From positions 1 to 48,408 of the forward strand of contig USDH01000001.1 in assembly GCA_900553415.1 (NCBI GenBank): a DNA stretch of 48,408 bases, written 5' to 3'. The notes beneath the pieces were generated by a model. The model was not told the DNA's origin. It saw nothing but the letters and a program-made list of their open reading frames with translations, and did not search any database. Origin of the DNA: an uncultured Collinsella sp. Its GTDB lineage: Bacteria > Actinomycetota > Coriobacteriia > Coriobacteriales > Coriobacteriaceae. Position numbers and translations under genes: made by a program. Shown here in pieces: positions 9,867-17,441 of this stretch (the first letter of the stretch is position 1; each line of letters starts with the position of its first letter).

Positions 9867-10604
9867 CTATGCGCCGATGGCGCCGCCGCAGTATTCGCAG
9901 CGCCCACTGGCATCGGGAATGGTGGTGGCTCCGCAGAAGGGGCAGGTCACCGCGGTCTTGGGGGCCTTGGCGGCCACGACGCTGTCGCGCGTCTCCTGGC
10001 GCAGCTGCACCAGCGCGTCGCGGACCTCGGTTGCCTGGCGCTTGGCCTCGCGGTATTCGATGGAGCCGCGCTGATCGATGGTGGAGTCGTTTACGCGCAG
10101 GTTGATCTCGGTAAAGTACGGCGTGTTGACGTGGATGGTCAGATTAAAGTCGTAATCCAGGTCGTAGCGCGGCGGGTTGTAGCTCTCGCGCTCGCCGTCC
10201 TCGGTCTCGCGATAGATCTCGGTGCGATGCTCGTCGATATCCATATCGCAGCCGAGTACCTGCGAGAACTCGATGATGTCGGGATTGGCGTCGCGCCAGC
10301 GGCTCTGCGAGGTAATGATCAGCAGGCCCGCGTCCTCGTCGAGCATGATGTTGGTGCGCCCGGCAGAAAGCGTGCGCGTGGGGTTGAACGACGCCAGGCG
10401 CTCGGCATTGGCCTCGCGGTAGGCGAGCTGCTCGCGGATATCGTCCGCGGTGCTGGAGCGATAGCCGTGAAAGTAGGGGGAGAGCTTGCCGGCGCACTCT
10501 TTGCACAGGTAGCCTTCATTGATTTTTGTCTTACCTAGAAGTCCCAGCTCGGTACCGCAAATCGCGCACTCTTTCTTCTCGAACATCTTGTCAAAGAAGC
10601 CCAT
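9867..10604 (-). CDS. DUF4428-like Zn-finger protein
   Basis: MGFFDKMFEKKECAICG...GYLCKEC N-terminus and C-terminal CPFCGA...CEYCG. Confidence 0.75.
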   Translation of the reverse strand: MGFFDKMFEKKECAICGTELGLLGKTKINEGYLCKECAGKLSPYFHGYRSSTADDIREQLAYREANAERLASFNPTRTLSAGRTNIMLDEDAGLLIITSQSRWRDANPDIIEFSQVLGCDMDIDEHRTEIYRETEDGERESYNPPRYDLDYDFNLTIHVNTPYFTEINLRVNDSTIDQRGSIEYREAKRQATEVRDALVQLRQETRDSVVAAKAPKTAVTCPFCGATTIPDASGRCEYCGGAIGA

Positions 10605-10754
10605 GGCTGCCTCCCATCAACTGGTAGCGTGTGTCACTTTTGATGATGGGGGAGTGCGCAGCCTTTCACGATACCCAGACGGCTCAAGGAGTCTCCACGA
10701 CTGGGACACATGGCCCATTTTTCATCCGGCACATAGGGACACTCCTTGCCGCGG

Positions 10755-10810
10755 GTAGTCATTGGGCACTCATTGGGGACGTACTTAAATGAGTGGTGCT
10801 TAAATGAGTG
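10755..10810 (+). repeat. Nested GGGGAC-loop palindrome
   Basis: Inner CACTCATT-GGGGACGTACTTA-AATGAGTG (10767-10795) lies inside GTAGTCATTGGG...GTGCTTAAATGAGTG. Confidence 0.75.
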
Positions 10811-11062
10811 GTGGAGGCCGCGGAGCCCCCGTCCGATGAACGCCTCGATGCCTTCGTCGTCACCTTTGGGCTTACAAGGCGCGAGCGCGATATTCTTGAG
10901 GTCTTGGTCGTTTCGGACCAGAGCGTCCAGGACATCGCCACAACGCTTTTCCTCTCGCGCTCCACGCTCTACCGCCACATTTCCTTGATCAACAAAAAGA
11001 CCGACACCGCCTCGCGTGTGGCCCTTATCAACTTCTTCTGGTCCTGGACACCCAAGGACTAG
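10808..11062 (+). pseudogene. Isolated LuxR-type HTH, probably the 3' remnant of a larger regulator
   Basis: FGLTRRERDILEVL...QDIATTLFLSRSTLYRHISLINKK. No sensor domain; the only start codons lie in or beside a repeat at 10755-10810. Confidence 0.6.
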
Positions 11063-11076
11063 CTAATCCCCCAATA

Positions 11077-11143
11077 AGTTGCGGTGGAATAGTCCCTAAA
11101 TTAAAGTCATGGGGCTTTAAGCGGGGACTATTTCACCGCAACT
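11077..11143. repeat. 67-nt inverted-repeat element, copy 1
   Basis: AGTTGCGGTGGAATAGTCCC-N27-GGGACTATTTCACCGCAACT; second copy at 38881-38947. Confidence 0.85.
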
Positions 11144-11167
11144 GCTGAGGGGATAGACTGCGACAGC

Positions 11168-11231
11168 GGCAGAGGCAGCGGCATCGGTGGCGGCAGAGGC
11201 AGCGGCATCGGTGGCGGCAGAGGCAACGGCA
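11168..11231. repeat. 24-bp tandem repeat, about 2.7 units
   Basis: GGCAGAGGCAGCGGCATCGGTGGC at 11168 and 11192, plus a partial unit at 11216. Confidence 0.85.
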
Positions 11232-11258
11232 ACTGGCAGAGTGTTTTCCGTCTGCTTG

Positions 11259-14027
11259 CTACAGCAGCTCGCCGTGGCGGGCAATGTAGCGGCGCTTTGC
11301 CAGCTGGGTGAGCGCGATATAGGCGGAAACGATGCCGATGAGCAGCGCGAAGAAGCTCGGCGGCAGCGGCATGAGGTCTAGCGCATCGGCGGTGGGGCTT
11401 GCCGGCAGCCAGGTGACGAGTACCAGACCCAGCACGGTGAGGACGCACAGCGCGGGCGCGGCGTGGTCGCGCGGGCTCGGCAGGCACGGGGAGCGCAGCA
11501 TATGGATCACGAGCGTCTGCGACCACATGGACTCGACAAACCAACCGCTCTGGAAGAGCGCCGTAAAGGCCGCCATGCCTGCGACGTCGCCTATAGCGGC
11601 AAGCTCTGCCCAGCTTGCGCCCACGGCGGCGGGGCACACCACAAAGAAGAGCGCGGCGAAAGTCGCGATATCAAACAGCGAGCTCACGGGGCCCAGCTCG
11701 AGCATAAAGCCCTTGATGGACGCAGCGTCCCAAGCGCGCGGGCGGGCAGTCCAGGCGTTGTCGACGGTGTCCCACGGCAGTGCGATGCACACGATCTCGT
11801 AGACCAGCGACAGCAGCACCAACTGCAGAGCGCTCATGGGCAAGAATGGCAAGAACAGGCTCGCGACGGTCACGGATAGCACGTTGCCAAAGTTGGAGCT
11901 CACCGTGGTCTTGAGGTACTTGAGCAGGTTGCCGTAGGTGCGGCGGCCTTCGATGATGCCGCGCTCGAGCACGCCCAGGTCTTTCTGGAGCAAGATGATA
12001 TCGGCGGATTCCTTGGCGATATCGACGGCGGAGTCGACCGAGATGCCGCAGTCGCTCGCACGCATCGCGGCGGCGTCGTTGATGCCGTCGCCCATAAAGC
12101 CCACGGTGTGGTCGAGCGGCTCACGCATGACGCGCACCAGACGCGCCTTCTGCAGCGGCGAGAGCTTGGCGAAGAGGTGGGTGTTCTCGGCGCGCTCGGC
12201 AAGCTCGGCGTCGTCGAGCGCATCGATCTCGGAGCCGAGCAAGACGTTGCTCGCGTCGATGCCGATCTGCTCGCAAACGGTGGCGGCGACACGGTCGTTG
12301 TCGCCGGTCAGAACCTTGACCGCCACGCCCTTGGCTTCGAGGGTAGCGACGGCGCCCGCGGCACTTGCTTTGGGCGGATCGAGGAAGGCCAAAAAGCCCA
12401 TCAGCACCATGTCGCACTCGTCGGCGATGCCAAACTCGCCCACGCAGCGCGGATTGGTCTTCTGCGCCACGGCAATCACGCGCAGGCCCTCGGCGTTGAG
12501 CCCGGCGACCTGCTTGCGAATCTGGGCGAGCTTGTCTTCGGTGAGCGGCTGGGCGGCGCCATCGACCTCGATAAAGGAGCAGATCTCGAGCATTTCCTCG
12601 GCAGCTCCCTTGGTGACCATCTGGGTTTTGCCTTGGGCGTCGGCGACAACTACGCTCAGGCGACGGCGCGAGAAATCGAAGGGCACCTCGTCGATCTTGG
12701 TATAGCGGTCGCGCAGGCTCTGGCCCAGCATGGAGCCGGGTGCTGTGGCCGAGGGCGTCACGTCGGCGCGGTCGATGACGGCCAGGTCGATAAGGTTCTT
12801 GAGGCCGGTCTGGAAGAAGCTGTTCAAAAACGCATGGCGCAGCACGCGTGCGTCTTCGTTGCCGTCGGTGTTGAGGTAGCGCTCGAGCACGATACGGTCT
12901 TCGGTGAGGGTGCCGGTCTTGTCGCAGCACAGGACGTCCATCGCGCCGAGGTTTTGGATCGCCGGCAGCTCCTTGACGATAACCTGGCGACGGGCGAGGT
13001 CCTTGGCGCCCTGCGACAGGCTCGAGGTCACGATGACGGGGAGCATCTGCGGCGTGATGCCCACGGCCACGCTCGTGGCGAACAGCAGCGCGTCGATGAC
13101 GTTGCCCTTGGTGGCGGCGTTGATGGCAAAGACCGCCGGCGCCATAACGAGCATCAGGCGCACGAGCAACATGGAGACGCTCGAGACACCGCGGTCAAAC
13201 GCGCTCTTCTCGCCGCGTCCGTTGAGCATCTTGGCGATGCCGCCCAGGTAAGTGTCCGAGCCGGTGGCTACGACAAGTGCCATAGCGGTGCCGTTTTGCA
13301 CGGAGGTGCCGGTAAAGACGATGTTCTTGCAGGCAGAGAGCGGCAGCGCGGAGCTGTCGGCACCCTCGGCGACGGTGATGGCAGCGGTCTTTTCGACGGC
13401 CTCGCTCTCGCCGGTGAGTGCGGACTCGATCACAAACAGGTCGCGCGCGGTGATGATGCGGGCATCGGCCGGCACCATGTCGCCGGCAGAGAGGCGGATC
13501 ACATCACCGGGGACGAGCTCGTCGAAGGGGATCTCGACGCGCTCACCGTCGCGCAGAGCGGTGCAAGTGTTGGAGACCAGGTCCTTGAGGGCCTCGGTCG
13601 CATTGCCGCTGCGGGCTTCTTGGATAAACTTCATACCGCCCGATACCAGCAACATGATGCCGATGACGATGACCGTGGAGGGGTCGCGCTGCGGTTCGGG
13701 CACGGCGAGCACGTCGATGTAGAGCGAGACCAGCGCGAGAGCGGCGAGGATGCCGGCGAAGGGGTCGACAAAGGCGTCGGCGATACGGCGGGCGAGTGTC
13801 TTGGTCGGCGCCTCGATGGTGTTGGGGCCGGAGGCGTCCAGGCGCTCGGCGGCGTGCTCGGCGGTGAGGCCGTCGGCTATGGCGTCGAGCAGCACGAGGG
13901 CATCCTCGGCGCTATGGGTGGCGGCGAATATGGTGTTCTTGGACATGCCGGTATGAGCGGCGGGGCGCGCCGTGTGGCGGCGCTTGGAGATGGCTTCGAG
14001 TACCGTGGCGGTTTTGAGCATCAGCAT
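11259..14027 (-). CDS. mgtA: Mg2+-translocating P-type ATPase
   Basis: LTGES, AVGITPQMLP, DKTGTLT, LTGDN, MGDGIND, SSNFGN and LFQSGWFVESMWSQTLVIHMLR (P3B-type); SD AAGGAGG. Confidence 0.92.
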   Translation of the reverse strand: MLMLKTATVLEAISKRRHTARPAAHTGMSKNTIFAATHSAEDALVLLDAIADGLTAEHAAERLDASGPNTIEAPTKTLARRIADAFVDPFAGILAALALVSLYIDVLAVPEPQRDPSTVIVIGIMLLVSGGMKFIQEARSGNATEALKDLVSNTCTALRDGERVEIPFDELVPGDVIRLSAGDMVPADARIITARDLFVIESALTGESEAVEKTAAITVAEGADSSALPLSACKNIVFTGTSVQNGTAMALVVATGSDTYLGGIAKMLNGRGEKSAFDRGVSSVSMLLVRLMLVMAPAVFAINAATKGNVIDALLFATSVAVGITPQMLPVIVTSSLSQGAKDLARRQVIVKELPAIQNLGAMDVLCCDKTGTLTEDRIVLERYLNTDGNEDARVLRHAFLNSFFQTGLKNLIDLAVIDRADVTPSATAPGSMLGQSLRDRYTKIDEVPFDFSRRRLSVVVADAQGKTQMVTKGAAEEMLEICSFIEVDGAAQPLTEDKLAQIRKQVAGLNAEGLRVIAVAQKTNPRCVGEFGIADECDMVLMGFLAFLDPPKASAAGAVATLEAKGVAVKVLTGDNDRVAATVCEQIGIDASNVLLGSEIDALDDAELAERAENTHLFAKLSPLQKARLVRVMREPLDHTVGFMGDGINDAAAMRASDCGISVDSAVDIAKESADIILLQKDLGVLERGIIEGRRTYGNLLKYLKTTVSSNFGNVLSVTVASLFLPFLPMSALQLVLLSLVYEIVCIALPWDTVDNAWTARPRAWDAASIKGFMLELGPVSSLFDIATFAALFFVVCPAAVGASWAELAAIGDVAGMAAFTALFQSGWFVESMWSQTLVIHMLRSPCLPSPRDHAAPALCVLTVLGLVLVTWLPASPTADALDLMPLPPSFFALLIGIVSAYIALTQLAKRRYIARHGELL

Positions 14028-14109
14028 AGGGTCCTCCTTGTTGAAGGGAGTTAGCGTACGTGTCGTATGTGCTTCAAAAAACCTAGATGTCGCTCACGTC
14101 ATGCTTTCG

Positions 14110-14145
14110 AACCGCCACAAAGGGACAGGCACCTTTGTGGCGGTT
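14110..14145 (+). repeat. GGGAC-loop palindrome
   Basis: AACCGCCACAAA-GGGACAGGCACC-TTTGTGGCGGTT; close relatives at 46864 and 47717. Confidence 0.8.
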
Positions 14146-14166
14146 TTGACGATCGGCTGTTGGCGC

Positions 14167-14238
14167 TTATGCGTGCGCGGAATCCTCGCGGCGTGCCGAG
14201 GGCGACATGCAGGTTTTTCGACTATGACTGCCTTCCAT
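14167..14238 (-). CDS. Candidate 23-aa leader ORF upstream of mgtA (MEGSHSRKTCMSPSARREDSAHA)
   Basis: Strong SD AAGGAGGT 5 nt before ATG at 14238; TAA at 14167-14169. Too short for the supplied ORF track. Confidence 0.45.
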   Translation of the reverse strand: MEGSHSRKTCMSPSARREDSAHA

Positions 14239-14257
14239 GGCACACCTCCTTAAGGCC

Positions 14258-14413
14258 GGGCGCGGCGCGCTTTGGGTATCTCGTACCCGTTACAATCCGC
14301 CCGTATTCTTGATGAGGGGGTTTGCCGTGTCAACCCCAATGTTTGGAAAACCATTGCCCCTGACAAAGCCTTTACAGAATGCCGAGGCCCCAAAGCGCGC
14401 CCGCAACGCGCCC
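14258..14413 (-). promoter_or_regulatory. Candidate structured cis-regulatory RNA in the mgtA leader
   Basis: Perfect 13-bp closing stem (14264-14276 / 14389-14401) enclosing several short stems; ends just before the leader-ORF SD. Confidence 0.5.
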
Positions 14414-14462
14414 TGCCTGCGCTAAACTGGAAGGCACGTACGCGATTACGAGAGGAGCCCGC

Positions 14463-15143
14463 ATGGAGGCTTACAAGCAAGAGTTCATCAAGTTCATGGT
14501 TGAGTCCGACGTTCTTAAATTCGGCAGCTTTACGCTCAAGAGCGGCCGTCAGTCCCCGTTCTTTATGAACGCCGGCGCCTATGTGACGGGCTATCAGCTC
14601 AAAAAGCTGGGCGAGTATTACGCCCAGGCCATCCACGATAACTTTGGCGACGACTTTGACGTGCTGTTTGGACCGGCCTACAAGGGTATTCCGCTGGCCG
14701 TCGTGACCGCAATTGCCTACCACGAGCTGTACGGCAAGGAGGTCAAGTACTGCTGCGATCGCAAGGAGGCCAAGGACCACGGCGCCGACAAGGGCAACCT
14801 GCTGGGCTACGAGCCCCAGGACGGCGACCGCGTGGTCATGGTCGAGGACGTCACCACCAGCGGTAAGTCCATCGACGAGACTTATCCCAAGGTCAAGGCT
14901 GCTGCCGATGTCGAGATCAAGGGCCTCATCGTGTCCCTCAACCGCATGGAGGTCGGCAAGGGTGGCGTGACCACCGCGCAGAAGGAGATCGAGGCCAAGT
15001 ACGGTTTCCCCGTCGCGAGCATCGTCTCCATGGCCGAGGTCGTCGAGACCCTCTACAACCACGAGATCGACGGCAAGGTCGTCATCGATGACGAGCTCAA
15101 GGCCGCTATCGACGCCTACTACGAGCAGTACGGAGCTCGTTAG
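14463..15143 (+). CDS. pyrE: Orotate phosphoribosyltransferase
   Basis: FGSFTLKSGRQSPFF, FGPAYKGIP, DRKEAKDHG and the PRPP motif VMVEDVTTSGKS; SD GAGGAG. Confidence 0.95.
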   Translation: MEAYKQEFIKFMVESDVLKFGSFTLKSGRQSPFFMNAGAYVTGYQLKKLGEYYAQAIHDNFGDDFDVLFGPAYKGIPLAVVTAIAYHELYGKEVKYCCDRKEAKDHGADKGNLLGYEPQDGDRVVMVEDVTTSGKSIDETYPKVKAAADVEIKGLIVSLNRMEVGKGGVTTAQKEIEAKYGFPVASIVSMAEVVETLYNHEIDGKVVIDDELKAAIDAYYEQYGAR

Positions 15144-15288
15144 TTACGGCGTTTTACCAAACGCCGTAACGGCTCGACGCTGCGCGGGCCGCATTTGGAC
15201 AATCTGACGTTCAACTTCAAGGGCGCGACCAGAAGGTCAGCGCCCTTTCGTTTCACGTCACCTTGTCTCAAATGCGACCCGCTCGCTG
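15143..15288. repeat. Hairpin plus 114-nt rod element, copy A
   Basis: GTTACGGCGTTT-TACC-AAACGCCGTAAC, then CGACGCTGCGCGGG...TCAA...AGAA...TTTC...CCCGCTCGCTG. Confidence 0.85.
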
Positions 15289-15326
15289 TCGTTGCCAAGA
15301 CATCGGCACTCCCGTTGCTGGCAAGG

Positions 15327-15415
15327 GGCGGCACTTGGGGACGTTCCTTTTCTGCCGGCAGTTTGGGACACTCCTTGTTGGGGTGGTCATTGGGGACGTT
15401 CTTAAATGACTGCTC
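15327..15415 (+). repeat. GGGGAC-module array
   Basis: A 52-nt block (15327-15378) matches 24432-24483 with one mismatch; it is followed by GGGTGGTCATT-GGGGACGTTCTTA-AATGACTGCTC. Confidence 0.8.
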
Positions 15416-15550
15416 GAGATGAGCGTCCAAAAATCCGCGCTCGTTCGATTGGCGCATGTCTACGCAGCGTAGGTTGTCGAGCCTGGCCTTCAAATGGATA
15501 CTGACTGTCGAACCGGTTCACTCCATTTCTTCAATTTGATTGGACAGCCC

Positions 15551-16171
15551 ATGAACCAGACACGGCAAACCAATGCCTCCCATACTTTTTTGGCAGCGCA
15601 TGCCATCAAGCAGCTGCGCGAAGAGCGCGGCCTCACCCAGCGCGCCCTGGCGGAAAGCCTTGGCGTGACCGATAAAGCCGTCAGCAAGTGGGAATCCGGC
15701 CGCGGCCTTCCCGACATTTCCCTCGTTGAGCCTTTGGCCCAGAGACTCGGCATAAGCGTGGCCGAGCTTTTGGCTGGTGACATTCGGGCCAACGCCAACC
15801 GTGCAGGCAATATGCTCAAAGGCGTCTTTTACGTTTGCCCTATCTGCGGAAACGTTGTGCACGCGCTCGGAGAAGGCAGCTTTAGCTGCTGTGGCTCCAC
15901 GATGTTTCCCCAGGAGGCCGAAGAGCCGGACGCGGACCACGCCTTTTCCATCGAGCGCATCGAGGACGATTGGTACGTCACGCTCGATCATCCCATGACC
16001 AAGGATCACTACATTAGCTTTGTGGCATATGCGACTATGGACGGTATCTGCTTTAAGAAGCTCTATCCAGAGCAATCGGTGCAGCCGCGCTTCCATATTA
16101 CCGGGCGCGGCAGGATATATCTTTACTGCAACCAACACGGACTCTTTACGTCGCTGACGCCTCGCAAATAA
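15551..16171 (+). CDS. XRE-family HTH fused to a desulfoferrodoxin-like domain
   Basis: LREERGLTQRALAESLGVTDKAVSKWESGRGLPD, then CPICGN...CCG, HPMTKDHYI and YCNQHG. Confidence 0.85.
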   Translation: MNQTRQTNASHTFLAAHAIKQLREERGLTQRALAESLGVTDKAVSKWESGRGLPDISLVEPLAQRLGISVAELLAGDIRANANRAGNMLKGVFYVCPICGNVVHALGEGSFSCCGSTMFPQEAEEPDADHAFSIERIEDDWYVTLDHPMTKDHYISFVAYATMDGICFKKLYPEQSVQPRFHITGRGRIYLYCNQHGLFTSLTPRK

Positions 16172-16217
16172 CGGCTGTCTATCCGCCCTCCTCATGCGTT
16201 CCCAAGGGACCCAAAAT

Positions 16218-16281
16218 GAGCGTGGATAATCTCCCGGGTTTGGCCTGTGTGCGGGCTCAAAGTGGGAGATTATCCACGCTC
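16218..16281. repeat. 64-nt inverted-repeat element, copy 1
   Basis: GAGCGTGGATAATCTCCC-N28-GGGAGATTATCCACGCTC; second copy at 44153-44216. Confidence 0.85.
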
Positions 16282-16314
16282 GTTATCTGAGTGTCCAAAA
16301 ATCCACGCTCGTCG

Positions 16315-17169
16315 CTACTTGAGTCCGGGCAGGCGGGTGTAGGGGAACGAGCGCTCTAAGAACTCGGAGCAGCGGGCGTAATCTTTGGCAAAGTAGCTGC
16401 TATAGAGCGAATCGAGTACGTATTGCACGGCGATATGGCTGGCGAACTGCGTGATGCGGTGCGTCATGCTCTCGTGGTCGCTTACCGTGAGATAGGCGGC
16501 AAAGCCGGGGTGAATGCGGGCACAGTACGGCGTGCCGATGACGATGACCGGGACATGTCGACTGCTAAGGATCGGCAAGATCTCCTTGAGGTTGGGGGCA
16601 AGGCCGCTGTAGGAGATGATGATTGCCACATGGTCGGGACCCGAGGCGAGCGCCGTGCGCACCTGCGCCTCGACGCTGTCGTGGCACGTCGCGCTTTTGC
16701 CGGCGGAAAGCAGGCGATCGCGGAACATTCCCGCTGGATACAGGTTATGCGAGCCCGTGTAGATGTCCACGGTGCCGGCGCGCATGATGAGCTTGGCGGC
16801 GTGGTCGAGCTGTGCAGGGTCGAGCAGCTCCTGCGTTTCGGCCAAGGTGGTCTGGTAGAGCCCCTCCATGCGCTCCATCACCTGCGCAGGGGTGGAGGTG
16901 GCATCGAAGGGAAAGTTGATGTCCACGTCGCGCCGGTTGCCCGCCTCGGTCGCCTGGCGGATGAGCTCGACCTTGAGGTCTTTGAATCCCTCGAGGCCGA
17001 GCTTTTTGCAAAAGCGGTGCACGCTCGCGACCGAAACGTTGGCGCACGCGGCAAATTCCTTAATGGAAAGCCCGCGCACATCCTCGCCCATGGCGAGGGC
17101 CGTTCGCCCAAGTTGTTGCTCGGTGGGGGTGAGGCTTTTGCCCTGCGTGATCTTCCGCCTGATATCCAT
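16315..17169 (-). CDS. RpiR/MurR-family transcriptional regulator
   Basis: LTPTEQQL...SVASVHRFCKKLGLEGFKDLK HTH plus SIS domain (IIISYSG); SD AGGAG before ATG at 17169. Confidence 0.9.
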   Translation of the reverse strand: MDIRRKITQGKSLTPTEQQLGRTALAMGEDVRGLSIKEFAACANVSVASVHRFCKKLGLEGFKDLKVELIRQATEAGNRRDVDINFPFDATSTPAQVMERMEGLYQTTLAETQELLDPAQLDHAAKLIMRAGTVDIYTGSHNLYPAGMFRDRLLSAGKSATCHDSVEAQVRTALASGPDHVAIIISYSGLAPNLKEILPILSSRHVPVIVIGTPYCARIHPGFAAYLTVSDHESMTHRITQFASHIAVQYVLDSLYSSYFAKDYARCSEFLERSFPYTRLPGLK

Positions 17170-17244
17170 ATGGCTCCTATGCGTTTGCGTCGCGATAAAC
17201 CAATCATAGCGATAAATAAAACGTTCGGCTTGGCTGGGAGTTTT

Positions 17245-17388
17245 GGTCCGCCGGTCTATGAACGACGGACCGCTCGACGCTGCGCGGGCCCTTGGCACGG
17301 CACCTTGGGCTTCAATCGTCGGGCGCGTGCGGAAGCACACATCCCTCCTCTTTCGGCCCAATTTGCCGCACCAGGGGCCCGCTCGCTG
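17245..17388. repeat. Hairpin plus 114-nt rod element, copy B
   Basis: GGTCCG...CGGACC hairpin, then CGACGCTGCGCGGG...TCAA...GGAA...TTTC...CCCGCTCGCTG. Confidence 0.8.
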
Positions 17389-17441
17389 TTGTGGGCTCAA
17401 CATAGGGCGCTGTCCTTGTTGGGCCGTTTGCGCCCGGGGCG

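Noticed and set aside
11128..11637. Pro-rich ORF (PLPLPPPM repeats) as an MgtL-like peptide
   Set aside because: It overlaps the 3' end of mgtA out of frame, and the Pro run is simply the translated tandem repeat.
14258..14413. M-box (ykoK), yybP-ykoY riboswitch or PyrR site
   Set aside because: Signature sequences (AGGTGAGGC...GTGCYAAAGC; GGGGAGTAGC...GAGACC; AGTCCnGnGAGGYT) are not visible on either strand; kept as an unknown candidate.
15175..15288. Rod element as SRP (4.5S) RNA because of its 114-nt length and RGAA loop
   Set aside because: Lacks the conserved CAGG...GGAA...AGCAG domain IV motif and occurs as three divergent copies.
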